Positions 55,900 to 64,000 of a stretch of 64,000 bases of DNA are shown here, piece by piece. Source of the DNA: Octopus vulgaris (lineage: Eukaryota); assembly GCA_951406725.2 (NCBI GenBank), contig OX597819.1, positions 50,530,001 through 50,594,000 of the forward strand. The letters are read 5' to 3'. The first letter of the stretch is position 1. Each line of letters begins with the position of its first letter. Both the position numbers and the translations under genes were made by a program. The notes under the pieces were generated by a model. The model did no database searches, had not been told where the DNA came from, and worked only from the letters and a program-made list of their open reading frames with translations.

Positions 55900-56220
55900 T
55901 TTGGCTCAAGGCCGCTGATTTTTGGAGAAGGAGTAAGTCGATTATATCGACCCCAGTAATTTACTGGTACTTTTCATTCATCCTTTCGACTCCGAAGAGA
56001 TGAATGAAAGGTAAAGTCGACCTCGGCAGTATTTGAGCTCAGAACACAAAATGTCAGAAGAAATGCCGTTAGGCATTTTATTCGACGCTCTAACACTACT
56101 ACCAACTCGCCGCCTTACGAAACCTTCAAAATCCTTTCTACTATAGGCTCAAGGCCTGACAGTGTGAGAAAGGGGGCGAGTCGATTACATCGACCTCAGT
56201 GCTCAACTGGTACTTATTTC
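55900..56220 (-). mobile_element. Older SINE B copies
   Basis: GTCGATTATATCGACCCCAGT...GTCGACCTCGGCAGTATTTGAGCTCAGAAC...CTCGCCGCCTT. Confidence 0.8.
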
Positions 56221-56807
56221 ACGAAGCCTTTAAAATAGATACCAGTAATATACTGTAGTCGGTTCTATCGATTGTATATATTTCTTCATTTATAACTCTG
56301 AAGATTCACGAAGATCGAAGAAATTAATAGCTTATGTTATTCGGTTTCCGTATCGAGGCACCGTAATATTTCGAAACCTATAATCTATAAAACACAGCTA
56401 ATTCTTGTAGGGTTTCTTACTACAGTTGTATCTGCCCAGAAATAAATCAGGGTGGTTCACCACCCTTATTATCAATGATTGATAGCAACAATCGATAACA
56501 ATATAACTAGCACATATCTGCTACCTGTGATGCCAATATAGGAAATAAATAGGTTTCTATAATTCATATTGTTACTAAATATTTTACATTAATCATATAG
56601 CATTATTTGTGTAGGTTACATAGGAGGAAAAAAATCCAAGAGCAACGGATTACATCATTTAGGGTAATTTTTTTCGTGCTGCTACTTTCAGAATAAACAT
56701 AACCGCCACCTCGGTTTCACCTTTGAGTTATAAGGCCGAGGACCTACATAGGAAGAACTCACACAAACAGTTTCTTTGCATATCTTTTTTTTCATACTAA
56801 TACATAC

Positions 56808-56838
<31 letters not shown>

Positions 56839-57189
56839 CATACATACATACATACACACACACACATACAAACACTCATATATAAAAATATATAGTAGTA
56901 ATAATGATAATCCTTGGATGGAATTTATAAATATTTTAATGCATCGCTACGCGCGTTTCCACAAATATCTTGTCTCTTAATATCATATAATTATTACTAT
57001 ATTTAACCTACAATTATATCGGTACAGCTTGGTGCGACCCCAAAAACCTAGTATCGCCAGCTGGTATCATTAGGCTGTGGCCGGCATAATAGAATAGGAG
57101 CTTTTATATGTATATCCAAAACATTTTCTGTAAACGAATTTGAAGGATACACATACATACACATACATACACACATATATGTCGCATTG

Positions 57190-57415
57190 GGGTGTCACGT
57201 GACTTAGTGGTTAGTGTGTTGGACGCATGAACGTGGGATTGTGATTTCGATTTCTGGTGTGCGCGATACGCTGTATTCTTGTGCAAAACACCCCATTTCT
57301 CGTTGTTCCCAATCCATTTAGCTGGCAAAATCGAGTATTTTTGCGACGGACTGGCGTCCCGTTCAGGAAGTAATATATACACCAGGGAATCCGGGAAACT
57401 GGTCCTATGAGTTTA
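57190..57415 (+). mobile_element. Degenerate tRNA-derived SINE (A-type head, C-type tail)
   Basis: GTGACTTAGTGGTTAG head. GCGACGGACTGGCGTCCCGT...CCGGGAAACTGGTCCTATGAG tail as in 3468-3765. Confidence 0.75.
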
Positions 57416-57959
57416 TGTATCTCGGGGAAAATCTTTATCCTTTATATGTTTAAAATTTATAGTCAGAGCTGTGTACAAAGTAGTTGATCAACCCCTTCGA
57501 ATTTTCCGCAGAAAACGTGATACCTATTCCCGATAGATAGTTAATCATTGTTACTACTGTTGATTGACCCCAGGTTAGCCTAAAATCGACCAGAAGTATC
57601 TCCACCTATAGTGATCACATAATCCAATGTTCTTTTCCTGCTTCTTTTTCCTAAGTTGGTAGGGTATGATTGAATGAGTTTTTAGCTGCTATTTCCAGTA
57701 TGTCATATGAACACGCAGAGGCTTCTTGTTGACTCACCATTGGTAGATGAACTGAGAGACATGTAGATCTTCGCACAACTCAAAGCCGTGAAGCAGATTC
57801 GAATTCGATAGATGAGTAAACAAATTTCGTACTTTCGGACTTTATGGGTATAGAGATGTTAGCAGTGGCTTACTGGAATATGTGACGGATACTGGAATTG
57901 GCGTATGAGGAGAGGGTACGGGATAGAAGAATGGGTTCTGCTGGTATTAGAGAACGTGG

Positions 57960-59110
57960 GGGCCGACACGTTGAGCACGGGATGGTAGAAACATTGAGCG
58001 TGGGGGCAGAAACGTTGAGCGAGGGGAGAAAAAACGTTGAGCGTAGGGGCAGAAATCTTGAGCGTGGGAGCAGATACGTTCAGCACAGGGGCAGATACAT
58101 TGAGCACAGGGGCAGAAACGTTGAGCGAGGGGGCAGAAACGTTGAGCGCGGAGGCAGAAACATTGAGCGCGGGAGCAGAAGCGTTGAGCGCGGGAGCAAA
58201 AACATTGAGAGCAGGGGCAGAACCGTTGAGCGTGGGGGCAGAAACGTTGAGCGAGGGGAGAAAAAACGTTGAGCGTAGGGGCAGAAATCTTGAGCGTGGG
58301 AGCAGATACGTTCAGAACAGGGGCAGATACATTGAGCACAGGGGCAGAAACGTTGAGCGAAGGGGCAGAAACGTTGAGCGCGGAGGCAGAAACATTGAGC
58401 GTGGGAGCAGAATCGTTGAGCGCGGGAGCAAAAACATTGAGAGCAGGGGCAGGAACCGTTGAGCGTGGGGGCAGAAACGTTGAGCGAGGGGAGAAAAAAC
58501 GTTGAGCGTAGGGGCAGAAATGTTGAGCGTGGGAGCAGATACGTTCAGAACAGGGGCAGATACATTGAGCACAGGGGCAGAAACGTTGAGCGAAGGGGCA
58601 GAAACGTTGAGCGCGGAGGCAGAAACATTGAGCGCGGGGGCAGAAGCGTTGAGCGCGGGAGCAAAAACATTGAGAGCAGGGGCAGAACCGTTGAGCGTGG
58701 GGGCAGAAACGTTGAGCGAGGGGAGAAAAAACGTTGAGCGTAGGGGCAGAAATGTTGAGCGTGGGAGCAGATACGTTCAGAACAGGGGCAGATACATTGA
58801 GCACAGGGGCAGAAACATTGAGCGAGGGGGCAGAAACGTTGAGCGCGGAGGCAGAAACATTGAGCGCGGGGGCAGAAGCGTTGAGCGCGGGAGCAAAAAC
58901 ATTGAGAGCAGGGGCAGAACCGCTGAGTGTGGGGGCAGAAATGTTGAGCGTGGGTGCAGAAACATTCAACGCAGGTGCAGAAACGTTGAGTGCAGGAGAA
59001 AAATAATGAGCGTGGGGGCAGAAACGTTGAGTGTGGGGGCGGAAACGTTGAAGTGGGGCAGAAACGTTGAGCGTGGATGCAGAAACATTGAGCGCGGGGG
59101 CAGAAACGTA
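57960..59110. repeat. GC-rich 21-bp minisatellite with an 11-monomer (232-bp) higher-order repeat
   Basis: Monomer TTGAGCGTGGGGGCAGAAACG. The marker variant GAGGGGAGAAAAAACG occurs at about 58021, 58253, 58486 and 58718. Confidence 0.95.
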
Positions 59111-59449
59111 CATGTGACGGCGTTAGCAGTTTGAGTTTAGAAGTGAATGGAATGCAAATATATACATTTACGTGTATAAAACATATGATACACACAAACT
59201 CAATATACTCCCACCCCACGCAATATCCTGAGCGTAATCCGCGTACGATTTTCATAATCATGTAATTTATATATCATTAATATGTTGTTGAAATAGAAGC
59301 TGTATTAAGTTGCTTAAACCTAGACTTTTCTAAAGAGTTTGCTTCAGTTTATTCTCATTTCTTTAAAATGGAAACTGTTCATGATTAATATTAATCACTG
59401 AAATGTACTTATAGAAACTGAATGGTAGCATAGAAACGTAAAAAGCCAA

Positions 59450-59910
59450 TGTGGTGATGGTAATGATGGCGGTGATGGTGGTGGTAGAAGTGGTGCCAGT
59501 GGTGGTGGTGGTGGTGGTAGAAGTGGAAGTGGTGGTAGTGGCAATGAGGGTGATTATAGTGGTGGCGGTAGTTATGGTGGTGGTGGTCGCGGTAGTGGCG
59601 GCGGTAGTTGTGGTGCTGTTGGAGGTGATACCAGTAGCGGTGACGGTGGTGGTAGTGGTGGCGGTGGCTACGATGGTGGTTGTGGTGGCGGCAGTAGTTA
59701 TGGTGGTGGTGGTAGTGGTGGTGGTGGTGGTAGTTGTGGTGGTGGTGCCAGTGGCGGTGACGGTGGTGGTAGTGTTAGTAGTGGTGGCGGTGGCTACGAT
59801 GGTGGTTGTGGTGGCGGCAGTAGTTATGGTGGTGGTGGTGGTAGTTGTGGTGGTGGTGATAGTGGTGGGGGTAGTGGTGCCAGTGGCGGTGAGGATGGTG
59901 GTAGTGGTGG
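59450..59910. repeat. Degenerate (GGT)n field with internal duplication of about 120 bp
   Basis: GTGGCGGTGGCTACGATGGTGGTTGTGGTGGCGGCAGTAGTTATGG occurs twice. Confidence 0.85.
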
Positions 59911-60118
59911 CAGAAATTTCTGGAGCTGATACAGTATCATTGTACTCTTGCTCATTACTATCCACGGTTTACCTTGGTCTTCACACAGTGAGAGTTGGCA
60001 GCCGAAGAATTTTATGATTAATCAAATGAACCACTCTTGTAATGAAACAGCAGACCTTCTAGTCTGGTCAGATAAAAACTGAGGCAATTCACACATCTGT
60101 CAGGTGATAATAAATAAT

Positions 60119-60561
60119 TCTTTCCTTTATAGGCACTAGGCCTGAAATTTTGGGGAGGGGACTAGTCGATTACATCGAACCCAGTGTTTGACTAGTACTT
60201 AATTTATGGACCAGAAAGGATGAAAGGCAAAGTCGACCAGGGCGGAATTTGAACTCAGAAAGTAGTAACAAGCGAAATGCCGCTAAGCATTTCGCCCGGC
60301 GTGTTAACGATTCTGGCAGCTCGCCGCCTTAGGTGATAATAAATAATATTTTCTATTCTAGGCACAAGGCCCGAAATTTTGGGAGAGGGGGGCCAGTCGA
60401 TTAGATCGACCCCAGTATACAACTGGTACTTAATTTATTGACCCCGAAAGGATGAAAGGTAATGTAGATCTCGGCGGAATTTGAACTCATAACGTAGTGA
60501 CAGACGAAATGCCGCTAAGCATTTCGCCCGGCGTGCTAACGATTCTGCTAGCTCGCCGCCT
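60119..60561 (-). mobile_element. Two SINE B (tail b) copies at one site with a triplicated 17-bp target
   Basis: AGGTGATA(A/G)TAAATAAT at 60102, 60331 and 60562. Confidence 0.92.
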
Positions 60562-60789
60562 AGGTGATAGTAAATAATGGAACAGGTGTATGCGTGCGTC
60601 ACCTTTCGATCGAGATTGGCTACATTGCTTGTAGTTCTTCTCTACCTTAATATCTATCTTGAATCAGATTTTACTTGTGATCCGGACCATATAAACTTGC
60701 TTTGGTTTGCGTTTCCAGTTTGAAGCCTACTGATGTGTCCTCGTTAAGAAGTGTTCTTGTATTCTTGTCACCGATAGATGTATGTGAAT

Positions 60790-60992
60790 AGGCGCAGGCA
60801 GAGCTGTTTGATTCTGAAGTTTACCTGACATCCGCGTAGTTTCAGGTTCAGTCCGACTGCGTGGAGCTTTGATAAAGAGTCTTATACTGGAACCTTGAGT
60901 CCACCGCTGTCTTGTGGGTGAAAATTTTCAGACGGAAACAGTAAGGAAGCTCGTTATTTATACATACATGCATGTATACATGCATACATACA

Positions 60993-61059
<67 letters not shown>

Positions 61060-61224
61060 GTGTGTGTGTGTGTGTGCGTGTGTGTGTGGGTGTATGAGTG
61101 TGTATTTCTGTCTGTGTATCAGTGCTTGTGTTTTTGCGTTTATGTTCTTTTAGCATCAATACACTCGATTAAAACTTTGAAGGAGGTGCTCTAGCATGGC
61201 CAGTGTCTGAAACCAGTAAAAAAA
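60790..61224 (+). mobile_element. Old SINE family D copy
   Basis: AGGCGCAGG...GGTTCAGTCC..CTGCGTGG...AGACGGAAAC, microsatellite, GGTGCTCTAGCATGGCC...GAAACCAGTAAAA. Confidence 0.7.
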
Positions 61225-62202
61225 TAACTGAAGTTATTACGCTCTCCCCAGAAGTAAGAATTAACAGGGGTATAACTTTATCAATCCTGCATTAATTAAT
61301 GGCTCAAGGTATGTACTTAGAACATTCACAGCTGTGAATTGAGCGTCTGAAGAAAAAATAAAAAATATTTTAGTAAAAGAACGAACGTATGCTCTGAAGA
61401 TATTCACTTTCAAAATCTCAATCTTTACAAATTGGAAACGGGTTTCAAAAAAAATGTGTTATGTTCATAAGCCAAATAGATTGTGAGTAGAAACAGTGCA
61501 TTAGATTTATGAAACATGACACAATATGCAACAAGACTCGGTATTGAAATTATATGGTTTATAAAGAATAGAGTATATTTTCATTGCTATGGTATGTAAT
61601 GCTTAGAAAAATATAAATATAAAGAATGGCAGAAGTTTTTTTGTTGTTGTTATGAATAAATGTCTACAGAGGCATTAAACTTATGATGTTAGACAAAAGA
61701 TTGGTCCTCAGAAAAGCAAGAGCTGTGAGCTTTGAGAATTATGTATTAATTTTATATTTTCTTTCTAGGACATTCATCAGCGACGATCTATAGAAAATAA
61801 TTATTTTATGGATATTATGATCACGAGGATTTGAAGAACATTATATGGATGAGAGAAAACATAATCAAGCAATGGCGAACGGAATATATTAAAATTTATT
61901 ATTTCCGGTTCCCAGACATAAACAGTTAACAGTCTTATAGAGACAGATTTTTAGAAATATATTGTGTGACAATATGTATTATCGTTTAAGATGAAAGGCA
62001 AAGTCAACCTCACAGGATTTGAACTGAGAAAAAAAAAGTGCTGGGACACATACAGCAATGCATTTTATCTGACGCTCCCATGATTCTGCTAACAATTGTA
62101 ATAATAATCGTTTCTGCTAAAGGCACAAAGGCCTGAAATTTGGAGCAAGGGGACTAGTCAATTACATTAACCCCAGTGTTTCACTGGTACTTAATTTATC
62201 GA

Positions 62203-62434
62203 AAGGTGGCGAGCTGGCAGAAGCGTTAGCACGACGGGCGAAATGCTTTGTGGTATTTCGTCCGCCGGTGCGTTCTGAGTTCAAATTCCACCGAGGTCGA
62301 CTTTACCTTTCATCCTTTCGGGTCGATGAATTAAGTACCAGTTACGCACTGGGGTTGATGTAATCGACCTTCTCCGTGTGTCTGTCCTTGTTTGTCCTCT
62401 CTGTGTTTAGCCCCTTGTGGGTAGTAAAGAAATA
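62203..62434 (+). mobile_element. SINE B (tail a) inserted in inverse orientation into another SINE B, 17-bp TSD
   Basis: GGTACTTAATTTATCGA at 62186-62202 and 62435-62451. The host copy spans about 62110-62525 on the minus strand. Confidence 0.92.
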
Positions 62435-62816
62435 GGTACTTAATTTATCGACCCCGAAAGGATGAAAAGCAAAATCGACCTCAGAGGAACTTGAACTCAG
62501 AACGTGCAGGGGACGAAATGCATTTTGCTGGTTTGAATATATGAAGGTAGCAGAATGGTAGGGCTGATAGAAAAACACACTAAATATCGTATATGACAAT
62601 CTATAATCTATAATTAGAGGTAAAAACCAGTTACAGTTGTCTTTGTCTAAGACCTACTACCAAGCATCGATGAAATGAGTGCCAGAACAAAAAATGAATT
62701 AGCTTTGGTTAAATTAACTCTTTCTGAAGAAGTTTATAGTTCTGTGTTTAAATAAGAAACCAGTTTACACATAGTGTGAAAATACAGACACAGCCTACAT
62801 AATACCGTTTAGCAAC

Positions 62817-62926
62817 GTGAAATGAAATGTTTTGCTCAAGAAGACAATGCGTCGCCCGGTCCAGGAATCGAAACCACAATCTTACGATCATGATAGTCAC
62901 ACTCTAACCACTAAGCCACGCGCCTC
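62817..62926 (-). mobile_element. SINE A/E head fragment
   Basis: Reverse complement GAGGCGCGTGGCTTAGTGGTTAGAGTG...GTTTCGATTCCTGG...TCTTGAGCAAAACA. Confidence 0.8.
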
Positions 62927-63930
62927 GACATAAAGTAAGTCAAAACTTTCGAAAAAATATTGTGTCGTTGTTGTTGCAGTTGTGGATTGGAAGAATCATA
63001 AAAGCATTCGAAAAAATGCCTTGTTGTATTTGTTCCAGCTCTTTTACATTCTCGATTCAAATCCTGTAGAGGTTGACTTAGCCTTTCATCCTACTAAGAG
63101 CGATACAATAAAGTACCAATAAAGTTCTAAGGCTGATATAATCGACAAGCACATCGCCTTGAATTTGTGGCGCTTGACCACAAACTTAAGAGGGAAGGGT
63201 TAGCCGATTATAGCAACTTCAGAAAGTATCATTATTCAATGATACAATCCAATGTTGAACATAGAACAAAATCAATTTGAATTAAAGAGCAATGAGGTAC
63301 AATGACCCTTAAATGATCTGGGAAATCAATAAATACTTGTAGTTGTTTTTGTTGTTTTTGGGTACATCACTGATCAACAGTCTTTAAATCACGACCATCT
63401 GATTCTCACCAGCACTGCATATCTAGTGTTATATTATTCAAAGTTCCAATGAAGCGCGAAATAAATTGCAGCAGACTTGGCTGCTATTTCTAGCATAACG
63501 ACCAACTGCATAGAGATCTCAATTTGGCTCATGAAAACTTTTGCTGTTGTGACTGTTTTTACTGAGTAGCCCGAGGGCATCCCTGTTCGAGTACCCCTCT
63601 CATCAAAAGTGTCGCATCCGAGACCATCGAGTTTTTCTACTGTTACACTATCCAACGGGTATTTCCTTTCCGAAGAAATTATAGTGTAATTTGAATGAAA
63701 TTTGGCCATAATTCCCAAAAGGTTGAACGACTACATATAAATTTTCTCTTTAAATCTTGTCTTGCATAACAACAAAAACAATTCGAAGTTTAAATGTATC
63801 CCGCTCAAAACTATTGATATTTTTATTGATAAAACTCCAAATACTTTTATTGACGTACAGAAAATGATTCGTTCAAACTTTGAATTAAACCCCAGTAAAG
63901 GATTCAGTTTGTCAAGAATAGGATTTAGTG

Positions 63931-64000
63931 GTTTACAGCCATATCACTTTGAAAATACCAGTTCTCGTCCGATCACCGAAGTTAAGCAAAGTCGAGCCTA
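63931..64000 (+). rRNA. 5S_rRNA: 5S rRNA, 5' 70 nt, cut by the window edge (gene, pseudogene or SINE3 head)
   Basis: GTTTACAGCCATATCACTTTGAAAATACCAGTTCTCGTCCGATCACCGAAGTTAAGCAAAGTCGAGCC matches mollusc-type 5S, including box A AGTTAAGC. Confidence 0.88.

Noticed and set aside
57947-59113. 388-aa ORF and overlapping ORFs; also a possible CRISPR-like array
   Set aside because: The ORFs are translations of the 21-bp repeat, open on both strands and shifting frame with each 232-bp unit. There are no unique spacers and no cas genes, and the context is eukaryotic.
59363-59965. Thr-rich mucin-like ORF
   Set aside because: It starts at GTG rather than ATG, consists of degenerate (ACC)n, and the opposite strand is equally open.
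61750-61835. Strong-looking splice acceptor TTTTCTTTCTAG|GAC
   Set aside because: All frames close within about 22 codons, and no donor or partner exon was found.

Overview
This is AT-rich, microsatellite-saturated eukaryotic DNA with no supportable host protein-coding gene. The SINE families, the (TA)n/(CA)n/(TATC)n/(ATT)n load and a mollusc-type 5S rRNA suggest an intronic or intergenic region of a coleoid cephalopod, probably Octopus (inference). Almost all ORFs in the track are translations of simple repeats. Real coding remnants all belong to transposons: a full-length decayed mariner (8766-10039), two R4/Dong-clade LINE 3' ends inside (TAA)n tracts, a young 5'-truncated RTE LINE, a CR1/Jockey-like 3' end, a possible L1/Tx1 ORF1 and a non-autonomous hAT element. 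The window also holds about 30 tRNA-headed SINE copies, two Tigger-like MITEs, a tRNA-Asp pseudogene and the 5' part of a 5S rRNA at the right edge. Four things stand out: (1) a tRNA-headed SINE carrying a minimal hammerhead-ribozyme motif, arranged head-to-head with its own inverted copy and interrupted by the RTE (52727-54229); (2) a SINE subfamily whose target duplications start with GGTA and which appears to insert into its own copies to build 184-bp tandem arrays; (3) three unrelated near-perfect fold-back palindromes between (TA)n tracts within 1 kb; (4) a 21-bp minisatellite organised as an 11-monomer, 232-bp higher-order repeat with a 9-bp flanking duplication. Coordinates were read by eye and may be off by a few bases. 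No database searches were run.
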